DNA of 64,000 nucleotides from Camelus dromedarius (GCF_036321535.1 NC_087437.1:38380001-38444000), one strand, 5' to 3'; shown: positions 37,320-51,461, counted from the stretch's first letter. Notes: a model not told the origin generated them from the sequence alone. Numbers and translations: made by a program.

Positions 37320-40300
37320 CTGAAATTAAAGGGTCACTAGCACTCACAAGGACTCATGCCAGGTGACACTCAATTCATTTTAATAAAAATACCAGCTTTG
37401 CACAACACTTTCAACTTTTAAGAGTATTTTTGTATCAACTGTTTTACCTGGCTTTCTTAATTCTGGTGTAACATCAAGTAGCAGAATTAAGAAAAGAACT
37501 CTTTCCCAAAACTCTGCCCCTACAAAACACTAATTTGATGCAAATTAAATTGTGCTAATGAGTATACTCTGTTAGTGTTATTATTTCCAATCTCAAATTT
37601 AGGATAAAGTAAGGATCTATTTACTCCACAGATTTTTGAGAAATACAAAATTATGTTTTTATTTTTCTCTATAGAATCAATAATCTAAATATAATTTAAA
37701 ATTTTGTTTCCCTTTTCCTCCCTGGCTTGTGACATGTCCCTTTCAGTTTATCTCCCATGCTGGTTTTCAATGTCTCTCCTTGATTTCCAGTTCTTCCTGT
37801 CACTCTCTGAGGATTTTTTCCAAAGCATTATTGTCAATAGAAGATGATATCTCATCAGATAGAAAATAATTTTCCTTGGTGAGTGGTATTCTGTAATTCC
37901 TTGCTGGTGCACCCAGTCAGATTCCTCAGGTCCATGTGTAGTAATGGCCCTGACGTCTAATTCCACCAAGGAATATTTGTTTTCTCCCTAGTTTACTGTA
38001 CATGGTTTTCTCACCTCCCAGCAGCAAACCACTTCTGCTTCCATGAAAACCTTTATTTTCTCATTTTTTCTTGATTTGAATAAATGGTAGTGATTTATGA
38101 ACCCTGGACAACCAGCAATGTATTTATTTTACCTTTTTGCTTTACAAGATTTCACATGATAGATAGCACAGACTTACCACAAATTCAATGAAGATTTTCG
38201 ATTGATCATAATTTCTAAATATTGCTTAAATTTAAGTTCCTTCCTCTGTCTTAGCAAATTCTTCTGTATTTTTTCTGGACTCTATAGTTATTGGGAACAG
38301 GCTTTATGAAGATTTGAATTTCAAGAAAAGTGTGAAGTTCCAAAGGAGCTCCAGTTTGAAATGGGATATCAGATCTACCTGTTATTTACCTGATTTTTTA
38401 AGCCTAAAGTCAAGCTAATAGATCATCTTTATTTCTGCTTTCATGTGAGGGGTTTGGGAGGAGAGATTAAAATACTACACCACAACCCTTATATTCTTAT
38501 TGGAAGTATTTCTAAGCAAAGCAAAAGGTATATTTTTAAAAGTACTGTGAAAACTTGTATTTCACTGTGTGGTGAAGTCTTTGTTTTAATATTTAATTTC
38601 TATGTGAACCTCAGCTAAAATTTCATGTTTAAGTAAGTACTTATGTTCCACAAAGGCATTTTGTGGTTTATCCTTGATGTCTGCAGATAGACTTCGGTGG
38701 GAGGAATAAAGAAAATCACTCTGAAAATTAATTATGTTCTATTGGATTATGGGTCACATTCTGAATTACCTTTTATAATTTTCTCATAAATAGGAAATAG
38801 TATCCTATAACCCAATGATAGAAGACAAAAAAGTCACAAACCAAGATTTTTACAATATATTTCTTCCATGGTAACAACAAATGGGAAAAAAATGCATGCA
38901 ATATATATTGTCTTTAATAAATATAAATAATCTAAGTAACATGAATATTTTTTATAAAGCATTACTTTATAATTATGAGAAAATTATTTAAATTCTCTGT
39001 TCACATCTTCATTTCCACACTTCAACTAAGAGTATCATGTGTTTTTATGAATTCAGATGAACTCATAAGCATATCATCCCTACTGAGCAGATTCATATAA
39101 AAACTTACATTAGAGTCAAAATTACCTAGCTATATATTGGGTTATTTTAAGTATTCTGCCCATTAAAAATATCTCCAACTATTAAAATGTCAGACATCTT
39201 TATTTATCCCAATTTAAAATAAATATATACTAATGCAATGGTTTCAGAGTTATATAATTGTTTTACCTCTCTTACTAGAACAAAAAGCAAAGTCCTCTTG
39301 ATTTATTATAATAATTAGTGACTTCACAAAAGAGTATGCCATAAATTCTTCACATTTGATTACTACTTGACTTTACATTTCTCAATATAGACCCATCATT
39401 TTGCAATTTTTACTCAGTTTTATTAGAGCATAGCACCTAAAGTAAATACATGCATTTATATGTCTCTATAAAAGTTAAAGTTGAGGCATAATTAATGTAT
39501 TGATGTTAAAACAAGGAATTCAGTCAGTTTAGATTTTACTCTGTGTTGTTCTGATTATGTTTAATATTGTTATAAATAGATAGTAAACATTTAAAAATTA
39601 CATTCATCTAATTTTCTTTTTCTAATGTATCTTGTAATAATTAGTTTAGAAAGTAATTATAAATCTTTATACTCCATTTCTTTATTTTCTTTATTAAATT
39701 CGTATGTTAAATTAAAATAACAATTTGCCATTATGAGACACTGCAGCACACTGTTCAGTTTCACCAAGCATTTTTAAAACATTTTAGCCATACATTAAAC
39801 AATTTATCTACCCAGTATAATTAAGGCTCACATATGAAGTAAGTCAGACTACTTATAAGATTTCTTTTATAACAGATCTCGAATTATTTGTTCTTTGCTA
39901 ATAGCAGAATCTTTCAAGTAATTTTTCACCTAAAATACAAACAGCAATTATGAAAATACTAAGGTATCTTTCTCTGGTATATAATATTTGTTCAGGATTT
40001 AGACAAGAAGTTTAAATTATCCCTGGAATTCAAATATATGACATTATGATGCTGGCCTTACACTTTTAAGACCGTAGCTGGTATTTTAAAGTTGTCTGCT
40101 TAGTGGAAAGGATGTGCAACCAAATACTCATGGTTTTCATTAGTTGCTCTTAGCTCCTACTTTATTCAACTTTCTTCTTCATTTTAATGTATGCTTTCTG
40201 TTTCTGCACTGGCAGAGGCCTCTCCATTTGTTATGAGGTTAAATTCCAATTCTGAAACTTCATGTTGATAGTATCAATTTCAAATTCAGTTAGCGGGTTT

Positions 40301-40446
40301 CCTTTTGCAATGGCCAACCCCAATTTGTGACGTGTTGTTTATTTAATCTACCTGTCAATGTAGAATGCTCAGTGATAAATCACTGATCCATTTCTAGTCT
40401 ATACACTGTCATATAACATTCTTTTTTTTTTCAGTGTAAGGCCACA

Positions 40447-40748
40447 TTTATTTATTTATTTATTTGTTTATTTACACCTTCATTGTGGTATGATTACTGT
40501 ACAGTAAACTACATATATTTCAAATATAAAATTTGATGAATTTTGATAGATGTTTACACCAATGAAACCACTACCACAATCAAGATAGCTACCATATCCA
40601 TGACTCCCCAAGAGGTGCAATTTTTAAATTCCCGGTTTATCTCTTCCCACTCTCTTTACCCCCTATTAATCATAAGTTTGTTCTCTATGTCTGTGAGCCT
40701 GTTTCTGTTTTGTAGATAAGTTCATTTGTGTTCCTTTTTAAAGATTCT
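40447..40748 (-). mobile_element. Composite L1 3'-end fragments (older L1MA/MB-like, then artiodactyl-type L1 3' UTR)
   Basis: (TTTA)n tail, then 'gaattttgatagatgtttacacc...accactaccacaatcaagata', then 'cataagtttgttctctatgtctgtgagcctgtttctgttttgtagataagttcatttgtg'. Confidence 0.75.
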
Positions 40749-42167
40749 GATTGGTTATCTTCAAAATGGCAACATATTGTGTTCTTCCTTTTTTGAGTTT
40801 ATATTACAAACTTTCTGGGCAATTTTGCCCTGGTCACTCACTGGTTGTACCACTAAAATATTTTGAATTGCTACATTTTGATAGTCTGACTATCACATCG
40901 ATTTGTATGCTTTGTAACAATTGGATTCTGGTGCTCATTCCATTTTCTAACCATGAATTTAATCTTTGTTGAAAGCATTGTTGTCTTGTTTTGCTTCTTG
41001 GTTTTGGCAATGAATAATTCCAGAACAAGCTGGCAATTAATTCACGGGGGGCCAGAGTCAGCCCTAGTCACCAGCTCTGCTGTCCAGGAATGTGTGCATT
41101 TATCCATAGGTAAAAGTGTTACCTTAAAGTTTTACCTTTCGGTGTCTCATTAGTATAATATCTCTGTAGCTTATAAATAATAGGGTTTACCTGACATATA
41201 AGTCATACAAAGTATGACACATTTCACCTTTAGATATCCTATTCTATTTCCTAATGGCATCAAAATGTCTTCAAAAAATTTTAGTATCTATCATGTTGAC
41301 TTACTTTTAGAGATGAGTTATTTACTTAAAATTTTAAAAGTGACTATCAAATGAGTTCTAATTTACAACAAATAAAACCATGTAGATGCATGAGATAATA
41401 TGAAAAGAACTGATACATTTCAAAAGACCTTATGTACTGTTTTCAAGGTACACACTGATGCTCTGCCTCACTCAGGTGTTTATAACAAAATTTATGTATG
41501 AAAATTAGTCTTTTTCTTGACATAGAATCCTAACCAATTTTCTTTGCCATCAATGCTGTCAATTTATTGCAATAATATCTGGAGTCATATCCATACATTT
41601 TAGTAAAAATAAAATCTTAGTGCAAATGATTTATGTTTTTCCTAAAAAAGACTCAAGTAAATGAATTATCTGATACTAAATTTCTAAAAGTTTAGCATTC
41701 CCCACATCTTTCAAGCTGGTGAAATGGCTTCTCTAATTGCTGACAGGATGAATGTTGCAATGAAACTGAGAAGATTAGTTGGCTTCTATTTCCAGTAGCA
41801 ATATCGAATTATTCTTTATTATTTGACTAAAAGGGTTTTTTTTGATGCTATTCAATTACTTCTCTGTAATGAATATTTTTTTTTAAAAAGAACAGAAACA
41901 AATTCCTATTTTGCTATATTTTGTCAATTCATATGATAGTCTGTAACTAAGAAATGAATAAATAGTAGTCTTTTCAGACTGTTCAAAATTGTTTAAAAAA
42001 TAGTACTAAGTGTATTCACACATATTTCATTTAGGCCATAAATAATAATTAAGAAATTATTTTCATTTAAAAGATAAACATAAGTATAAATGAACATGTA
42101 TATACCCATAAAACTTCACCATAGGTAGATAAAGGTTTTATGGATATACATTTTTCCATTTATAGTT

Positions 42168-42765
42168 ATGGTTATCTTTTTTTTTTTTTAACATTTTTTA
42201 TTGATTTATAATGAGGTATCACCTCACACCAGTCAGAATGGCCGTCATTCAAAAATCTACAAATGACAAATGCTGGAGAGGCTGTGGAGAAAGGGGAACC
42301 CTCCTACACTGCTGGTGGGAATGCAGTTTGGTGCAGCCACTATGGAAAACAGTGTGGAGATTCCTCAAAAGACTAGGAATAGACTTACCATATGACCCAG
42401 GAATCCCACTCCTGGGCTTGTATCCAGAAGGAAATCTACTTCAGGATGACACCTGCACCCCAATGTTCATAGCAGCACTATTTACAATAGCCAAAACATG
42501 GAAACAGCCTAAATGTCCATCAACAGGTGACTGGATAAAGAAGAAGTGGTATATTTATACAATGGAATACTACTCAGCCATAAAAACCGACAACATAATG
42601 CCATTTGCAGCAACATGGATGCTCCTGGAGAATGTCATTCTAAGTGAAGTAAGCCAGAAAGAGAAAGAAAAATACCATATGAGATCGCTCATATGTGGAA
42701 TCTAAAAAACAAAAACAAAAACAAACAAACAAAAACAAAGCATAAATACAGGATGGTTATCTTTT
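42168..42765 (-). mobile_element. Young 5'-inverted (twin-primed) L1 insertion, including its 13-bp TSDs
   Basis: TSD ATGGTTATCTTTT at 42168-42180 and 42753-42765, followed by AA (a TTTT/AA endonuclease site). Poly(T) runs to 42189, then about 22 nt of antisense L1 3' end containing rc-AATAAA (42197-42202), then about 540 bp of ORF2 end plus UTR in the opposite orientation. Confidence 0.92.
42211..42705 (+). pseudogene. LINE-1 ORF2p C-terminal fragment (Cys-rich CCHC domain), 164 aa, uninterrupted
   Basis: [11 protein letters not shown]...[30 protein letters not shown]...[25 protein letters not shown]...[13 protein letters not shown] is the canonical L1 ORF2 C-terminus. Confidence 0.95.
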
Positions 42766-44994
42766 AAACAAAAATAACTTCTTGAATGTAATATGCGTAT
42801 ACATATTACATATGTGTAAATCTATATATATGTAATTTTTACAAAAAGGAATCTGATCAACAAATATTAACAATCTACTCTGTAGCATGAACTATTCTTG
42901 GCATTTTATTATCTATTTCATTTAATATAGAGTTACATTAAGCCTAATAATTTCAGAATTTTTTTTTAAGTTTTACTCCTCTACTTGTCTGATGTGAAAA
43001 ACTATTTTGACTGATTATTACTTTTGTTATTTTCATTACCTTTTTTATGGTGTATAAATCTGTGTAAAACTGGGATAAACTGAACAATTTTAATGATCCT
43101 TTTGTATGTAACTAAATAAGCTCCTTAAAGATTTGAAAGGCATTATTAATATAGCAATATTTTCCAGGATAGTTCAAATCCAAATATTTACCTATCAAAT
43201 GTTTACAAGAATCAAAGTTTAATTGCACAGATGACTAAAAACAAATATTTCAAATATACTCATCTTATAAAAGTCAGAAGCCAAACATTCAAGTCCAATC
43301 AAATGGTAATTAAACAATTTGTTTCTCAAATCCCATAACTACTGTAACATTCAAATCATTGTATTATATGTTACTCTACTAAATACTTTTAGGCTTCATG
43401 CAATTTTAAATATTTTATTTTTTCCTTATCATGAAAATAGTTTGAAAGGATATTATATGTTAGATACAATATATATTACTGAAAAATATACTTTATGGCT
43501 AGTGCAAATAGGCCTGCAGAGAGCAAATAGGCTTGCAGATATATAATTAAGTTTTGATGATTGCTGCTCAGAGGAGTCACCTTTAAACAAAACACATTTA
43601 AGAATATTTTCTATGGTTCAAAACTGTTATGATCTCACTTTTTTCCAGTGCACAGATATGTCTTTCATATTGAGGATCGCTTATAAGAAGGGAGAAAAGG
43701 AAGTGTTTTGAGGAAGTGATCTAAAAGAGAATGTGAGTCATTATTTGTAGTTCCTCGAAATATATATTATGAAAATGTACTTGAAAACATTGCTCCAGTT
43801 GGCTCCTGAGATCAACTGCTTATAAGAGGGCCTATAATGAAGAAGTGTGTCTCATAGGGCTACTGAGGCTGAGTAGCTCTCTCTTCATGAATTAAAGGAA
43901 ATAATGAGGCCATCAAAATGTGAGTTACTTTGTTAAAAAGAAAAAAGAAAAAGAAAGGAGATAAAACAAAAAGAAAAAACAACTCAGAGCTCTACACCAA
44001 GAATAATATAAATCAGAATTTACACATATAGTTATATATAGTTCTAGGAGTGTGTCATTTTCCCAGGATTCTATGTTATTTATGTTGGCCCCTTTCTGTT
44101 TCCAAGTGATCACAGGAAAAGCCTGTCTTCTGGGAGAAGTCAAATATGTGGTGTCTCAGCACTATACAAGTTGGCTTTGTCCACTTGCATAATTTAAAAT
44201 AACTGGACCCTTAAGGCAAACCATAGCCCTAAACTTTGTTTTACCAATGTGTGTGGAATCACATCATAACAACAGGAGAAATGAGTTGAAAACTTTCACG
44301 TTACATACATTACTATTGAATGGGGGCAATCAAGTATGGGAGCCTTGAAACAAGCAAATAATAACCATCTATACTGAATTTTAAAAATGCAATAATGCAA
44401 GCAAACTGTTAATGGATTGGAAAGCTATTCACAGGAATGATAAAATTACCTTCAAAGTAGCATCAATGATGTTTTTTGATGTTAGTTTATATGCCAGATA
44501 TGAAAGCTGTATGTACGATGGGGCCTGCCAAGAATTTCAAAATAAAAGAGGAGAAAATAAAAGAATGATTTAAATGTTATGTAAAGAAATGATTTATGAA
44601 CAAGGTTATGAGAGGTTATTAAAATCACACAAAGTAATAGTTCAGTATATCCTCAAATTATTAATTGTGATGGACTTAAGTGTACCTGTTTTGCATTTTG
44701 AAAACTGAACATTTTTTTTTAACTGAATTGGCTTCTCCAGTTGTTCAAAATGGGAAGGCAATACAATGACAGAATGAGCCATGCTAACAAGTTCCTTGCA
44801 GGAAATGCCTCCATCATATTTGCCGTCATTTCTCTACAACTGAAGGGTTGGTGGCTATGATATAGAAAATAATAAGCAAATGTGAAATAAATAAATAAAT
44901 TCATAAATAATGAAATTGAACCAAGTCCTAATGAACAAAATCATTACAGTCTGATAGTTTTAGTTCAATTCTCAGAGACATCGTTTACATGCAG

Positions 44995-45165
44995 AGTTGT
45001 CTTTAAAAAGTTATTTAATCTTACCTCTTTTTTCCTTTAAAATATGAATAATTGTCCCCCCTTTTCAGATCACCGTAAAAATTAAATGAGGTTATATAAA
45101 TATTGAATTAATGTGGCACACAGGGACATGTGGTCAGTACTCAGATAATGACAGCTGTTATTACA
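44995..45165 (+). mobile_element. MIR fragment
   Basis: 'gttatttaatcttacctc...taaaatatgaataat...aattaaatgaggttatata...tactcagataatgacagctgttatta'. Confidence 0.6.
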
Positions 45166-45214
45166 AATGCCTGCTGGTTTTTAGGACATTCTTGCTCCCC
45201 AGAACTGCTCTCTG

Positions 45215-45480
45215 TGCTTCAGCTAAATGCCCACCTGCCCCAGGAAGCCTACCTTGCTACCCCTAGGCTGAACTGCATCTCCTCTCCAGTCAGTTTCAGT
45301 GCATTTATTTTGCTTGCTTTGTTTTTTATCATTGCATATACTGTGACCTCTAAAAATGATCTGCTCTTTCATAAGCCTGCTCCAGTATGTGTCTTAAGAA
45401 TAGAAAACATGTCATACGTCTTCATATCTCTAGTGACTGATGCAGTTCTATTAGATAGTAGGCGCAACCTACTATCTTAA
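45215..45480 (+). mobile_element. L2 3' end fragment
   Basis: 'ttcagctaaatgcccacctgccccaggaagcctaccttgctacccc' and 'gtcttcatatctctagtgactgatgcagt...tagtaggcgc'. Confidence 0.6.
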
Positions 45481-47432
45481 TTTATTACAGCACAGGCAAT
45501 AGTCTTTCCTTATATTTCTGTTTTAATTTTTATGACTAAATCCTTGTTTGACATAAAATTTTGATTTTAGGTCATTATGCTATAACCTTATTACAAGAAA
45601 ACAAAATGTTATGATACAAAGTACTATTGTCAATTCACTTTGAATATGGAGTCCTAGATATCTTCTTAAAGAAGTCATAACAGAATTGGGAAAAACTCAG
45701 AGAAACACTGCTAAAATAAGAGTACTAATGTAGGAAGACTTCTTTGGTTTTCACTATACATGAAATTATCGCTGTGTTTATCCAGAAGTAGATTAATCCA
45801 GTGCCTATTAATCATTAGATACAAGAAAAGGAAAGATTAACCTATGTCCTGACTGTGTGAGAGTTTAATCAGTACATCTCATGAGATAAACACAGGTTGG
45901 TGCATCTTTAGAAGTCAAGGAAAATAAATCTTAATTTATTTTGTGAATTACAACTTTCACAAGGTATATTGAAGCTCTTCATAAAAATGAATTTAACAAG
46001 GGACAGAAAAAGCCATGAATAATAGATCACACGATAGGATATTATAAAGAAACTTAAGATTGGTGAGAAGGTAGTTTATTTCTTATCTTTGGAAGTTTTT
46101 ATCGTAGAAGGAGACTTCTACTCTGTTCCATAAAAGTGTTTAAGAGTTGCTTTCAGAGAAATTTAGATCAATTTTATCCAACATGGTATTTTTATATACT
46201 TACTATGATTAAAGGTAGAATGCTATTTTCTTTGTTTTGATATTTTAGAGAAAGAGAATCACATGACTTAAGTTTCTAAAATTCATTTAGTGGATTTTAC
46301 AAATTCTCATATGGCCAAGGTCCCCAAAACACAGAACTTAAGGACAAAATAAAATGAAGGAAGGAAAGAGAATGAAGTGGCTTCGAACATTATTGTTAAG
46401 AAGTTTTGCATAGATGAGTTGTGAAAATAGATATTATATCAGAACTGAATCTCTAAGGTAGACTTCAGGGAGATTTCAGGCCAATTTGATAGAAAAAAAT
46501 CAAAGGAATTGTATTTCAAATTTGAGATGCATAGAGTGTGGTCATTGAAGGAATTATTCCAATGGCCTGAAGGACTCCAGCTCTATTTTTATCCTACTTA
46601 ACATAATCTCCTATTAAACACACTCTATATTGCAAAAGCTGTCTAAAAGCACATTTCTCAAATTAATACAACCTAATTCCCACACAAATACTGAGTACAT
46701 GTTAAAGATTCATTTAATTTATTAAGTGATTATCTCAACAGAGTAACATGAGATGTTCTAAAATTTTTTTGAAATGCAAAGATGCATACAGTTAACTAGG
46801 AAAAGTAACAAGATACAATTACTAAGTTGTGAACAAACTGGTTAATGGTCTCTAGGGTAACTGGACTGTAACTGTTGAGTTCATATTCCCTATGGGAAAG
46901 AAAAAAAAAATTGCACCTTGCACTTTTCTGCAAAGTTAATCTGAAGCTACACACTTTGTAAAACAGCATAATCCCAATTAAACATGAAGTTATTCCAATG
47001 AAGTTAAATTCCACAAGAGAGACAGATGGCTGTAAGAGAGGCTTATTAGGACATGATCTAGCACGATATTAAAAAGTCTCACAATCATCATTTACTTCAT
47101 TTCCAAGTATTAAGTAATTTTTTGTGCACATCAGCTAAAGATGATGACAGTTAAAGGCACAGCTCTCAATCATTAATTAAACTAGGATGGGGAAGAAAAT
47201 GCATAGATTGAACAGAAAAACTATTTCAAAGATTTAGAAGAAAGTGAAGTCCTCTATTGATGCTGGTAAGTGGAAAAACAAAGACAAGTGGAAAAAGTGA
47301 CACACAAAAAACTCTCTTTACTTTGAGCTCCATGACAGTTATGAAGTCATTTCTAAATAGGGAGAATCTCTACTTTCAGGTAGCATGAAAAAGGTTAGAA
47401 GAATCACAGAAATTCTCGGGTAATAGCAGTAT

Positions 47433-47553
47433 GGTGTAAACATAATTTTTCTATGTACTTGGAAATCAAAAAATTTGTATGACTCACTTTATTGTGATAT
47501 TCCATTTATTACAGTGGTCTGGAACCGAAGCCACAATACAGGAGTTATGCCTG
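47433..47553 (+). mobile_element. Tigger1 (TcMar) terminal fragment
   Basis: 'aaatcaaaaaatttgtatgactcactttattgtgatattccatttattacagtggtctggaaccgaagccacaata...tatgcctg' followed by TA (47554-47555). Confidence 0.85.
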
Positions 47554-49239
47554 TATTGGGCAAATACTGGTATTCTTAAGTTATTTTACCATATTTCAAA
47601 ATGAGAAGGTTACTTAGCTTGTTCTTTGGTGTTTGAACCTAGAGGTAATGGATTGTAAGTAAAAAACTACTCTTTTTTAAAAGTACAATAAAAATAAAAT
47701 AAAAACAGTATATCTTACTGGAGGCCGAGATCCATTTTTGTAGTGGATAACATATAACATATTTCATTTTGACTTTGTCCAGAGTAAACAAAACATTTAT
47801 TATTTGAAATTTTTCCTAGATAGTAGATACACATACTGTTGCAAAGATATTGGAAAAAAACAAGGACATTTTTTTTTAGTCACTTTCAAATGTGAGTCAT
47901 CAAAGCTATTATAAAAATTGAAGTTTATACTAATGACTTTTAAGTCATTAAGTATTTCAGATAAATTTAATATTTTTATAATACTTGCTGTATTTAAATT
48001 CTAATGATATAAATTAATTAAATTAAATGACCATGATAGTTAATTATTAATATTAAACCAAATATGCATTATGTAGGATGTTACATTTTAAAATACTAAC
48101 ATTGGATTTATAATAACAGATTACTTGATAAAACTTGAAAATTTCTGCCGTATTACCAAATAAAAAACTGCATGATTTCTGTAACTAAAATCCATTTATT
48201 ATGCCTTTGCTTTATAAGTCTTATTCTTTTTTAGTAACATCAGATAAGGAATTATACATTATGCATTTACTATGAGTTCCTTTGAGAACTGAGAGTTTAC
48301 AAGTTATCATCAATAGTGTCACAGTGTCTGTCATCCCAAGAAAAAAAGTATCTTATAAAGCCAATTTTCTGTGAAATGAAATTTTAATCATTTTTAACCT
48401 CTGAAGTCAAATATTATTATCAAGTATTTTTATGAAAATCTTCCTAAAATGCTAAATATTTTTATGATTTTTTCCAAAGTACTCTGAATATGCAATTGAC
48501 TTTTATTTGGTGATTATATTATTTTAATGAACATTGCCTAAAATACTTTGCTGGAATGTGTGTGTGTTTTATAGTACAAAAGACTAGATACAATTTTAGT
48601 ATATTTTTAAATTCTTGTACCTGCTTACTTATTTCTATTTGCGAATTAGCACTGTTCTAGCTTCTGTGATAGTAATCTCTTCTTATCAGAGATTACTTAT
48701 TTTATTAAAGGCTTATTTCTAATTGGCCTTTTTTCCCCAATATTCTGCCTCTACAATGTTCAATACTTGGAATTCAAATAAAACTCATGACTGGTATTGT
48801 ACATACATCTACTTAGAATCTCTCCATGTGGTGTTGAAAGTAATTTCTACAATCACAAAGAGGCTACATTTTTAATGAATAGGTAGGTATTCTATTAGCT
48901 TTCTCTGAAGTTAAAAATAACCTTCTATTTTGGAGTTCTTGCCTGTATTGTGAGGTTACTGCTACCAAATCTCAAGATAAATAAGGTGTTTGTATACACG
49001 TTAGTCACGGTTACTCTTAAGGCAACTAAGGGGAAGTAGAAACTACTGTAGAAAGGAATCTTTACACACAAGTTAAAAATCTCTCAAGTTACTTTAGGTA
49101 TCGTAAAAGAAGTCTGAGGAGTTTCTACGGAATGCATTCATTATTTGAGGCGCCAGAGTCCTAAAAGGATGGTGCTCCAGGAAAATAAAAAGGCAGATGA
49201 ACTGAACCAACAAATACAGAAAATGCAGAAAGCCTGCTT

Positions 49240-49540
49240 AAACTCACAATAAGTTGGATGCCACGTGACTCAGCTCTGGTCAATAAGGTGAAAGCAGAAG
49301 TTTAAGTAAGAATTCTGGGAAATGTTCTGCTTTTCTGATAAAAGAAATAGACTTGACTATCATTGCCCCTTTTTCCTTCACTCTACCCTGAGCATCGATT
49401 TAATGTCTTAAGCTAGACAATCATTTTGCTATTGGGAAGGAGAAAATTAGTTGAGAGGAATCAGGAAGATACTGTAACTGACATCATCAAGGTACAAGTT
49501 CCATAACTGTGTGCTCCCTATTTACTGCAGACAAAATTCC
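49240..49540 (+). mobile_element. Old MaLR LTR fragment (MLT1J-like)
   Basis: 'gccacgtgactcagctctggtcaataag' and 'ttctgggaaatgttctgcttttctgataaaaga'. Confidence 0.5.
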
Positions 49541-49774
49541 CAACTGATGAAAGCACTGGCTAGAATTTGTTATAAACAGGGATAAAATGGACAAACCTAG
49601 CAAATAAATGTTAATGTAGTTTGATAAATTGCTTTTACTTTGATTCTTTGTTGAAATAAACAACATCAAGCATCTGCAGCCTGCCATAAATTCAGTACTC
49701 TGATTTAGAGTAGACAGGGCTGGTGAAATCACGTTCAGTAATTTGACAAGATATGCTTAAATACTAACTATGTC

Positions 49775-49940
49775 ATTTTCTACCTGCGTGGTCTTGGGTA
49801 ATTTAGATAGCCTCAGGGACCTCAGGTTTCTCTGTGGTTACTAGCTGTAGCTACCTTATAATGTGTGGAGCAAATTAAACATCCTAATATACATAAAATG
49901 CACATCAGAATGCCTGGCGTAGAGTCAGTGCTCAGTATTT
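49775..49940 (+). mobile_element. MIR SINE
   Basis: 'ctgcgtggtcttgggtaattta...acctcaggtttct' and 'cagaatgcctggcgtagagtcagtgctca'. Confidence 0.7.
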
Positions 49941-50059
49941 TTGATTTGTGTATATTGTTAGTTAGGTATATCCATTCTTTTATAGACTATGTAAGATTGA
50001 ATAAATTAACAATAAAGAGAATGCCTTTAAATTAAACCATATTGCCTTTTAAAATCAAA

Positions 50060-50950
50060 ATTTACTTGATTTATTAGGCATTTATTAAGTCTTATTAAGT
50101 ATCTGGAGCTCTACCAGATGCTGAAAACACAGAGATAATTAGAACGAATTCTTTCAGGAGATCTAGAATATCAGTAAAGATAAAGATGGAAACAAAACAT
50201 AGTAAATGCTAAAAATATAATCATGGACAGGGAGTGAAGAGAAGTAAACTCGACTTTCCCACATACACTAGGGAGGTTCATCAGACATTTGCACTGAGTA
50301 TTAAAGGAACCAAGATAGAAGGACAAGGGAGAAAATTACATTTCAGGCAGAGGGTGAGCATTTATAGAGGCAAGGAGATGTACAACACTGTGGCATGTTT
50401 TGGAAAATAGAACCGTTTATGCATGGCTGTGACAGAGGCTTATGTGGAGAAGTGGCAGGAATGAAATAGTACATATTCCTGGAGTAAGATTAGGAAAGTC
50501 CTTTTATAGCTCTCAAAGCTCGGATTTCAAATCAGTATAAAGAGTGGTTTTCAAATTATGCTACATAGAATCCAATTATTCCACAGCAGCCTCTCAGGAC
50601 CTCTAGCTTGTGAGAGAAAAAGGATGAACAGGTGCAGTTTTAGGATTCACTTTTCAATTTAAACAATCTCTGCATTTTTTTGTTAAAAACATACACACAT
50701 AACTAGTATTTGTACATGACTGATTTTGAAAAAGGGAGAATGCTGCTGAAAAAACAAAAAGACCTGAGCATTAAGTGACACGGTTATATTTTCATACTTT
50801 CTAGGCAAAAGTTTACTCTGGCAAGAATGTGAGGGACCTTGTGTGAAGGGCATTAATAATCAGTGTGATAAATTAGATAATGGTGACTCGAACTAAAACT
50901 CTGAAAGTGAGAATAGAGAGGACCTGGCAGTTGCTATAGATTGAGGAGGT
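50060..50950 (-). mobile_element. L2 remnant interrupted by a hAT-like insert (~50540-50760)
   Basis: 'catttattaagtcttattaagtatctggagctctaccagatgctgaaaacacagagataa' and 'catttcaggcagagggtgagcat'. The insert begins 'agagtggttttcaaattatgct'. Confidence 0.6.
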
Positions 50951-51461
50951 ACCATCAAAGTTCCAGGAGCCCTAGTACAACGATCTTCAAAATCTTTTCT
51001 CCCGGGCCTCCTATAAATACTTTAGATTATTTTGAAATTTTGGAAAATTTTGATCACTCCTCAGACATTATTATATTGATTTCTATTTTTTGTCTGAAGT
51101 TTAAATAGTCACAACAAATAGAACATCTGGCATATTTTTAAAAATTGACATTTTAAAAGAAGCTGTTCATTACTGTAAAATGGATCGAGTAGAATCTAAA
51201 TTCCATAGCAAATTGATTCAAGCAATTATTTACTTGAAATTAAAAAAAAAGATGTTCTTTAACAACTGTAAATTTTATCTCATTACTTTTAATCCTTGAA
51301 TCTACCCTAATAAAATTATTGAAAGTTGTATTGGTCACTAAATACTACTTTCCTTCAATTTTAAAATTTACATTACAATTTTAAAATTCTCTTTATTTTT
51401 GGTGGGCATAAAATTCTAAATGTTATGTTTTACAGGATGAAATAACATTTTGTCAAAATAA

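Noticed and set aside
42211..42705. Functional host CDS
   Set aside because: It is a truncated L1 ORF2 fragment without the endonuclease and RT domains or a promoter.
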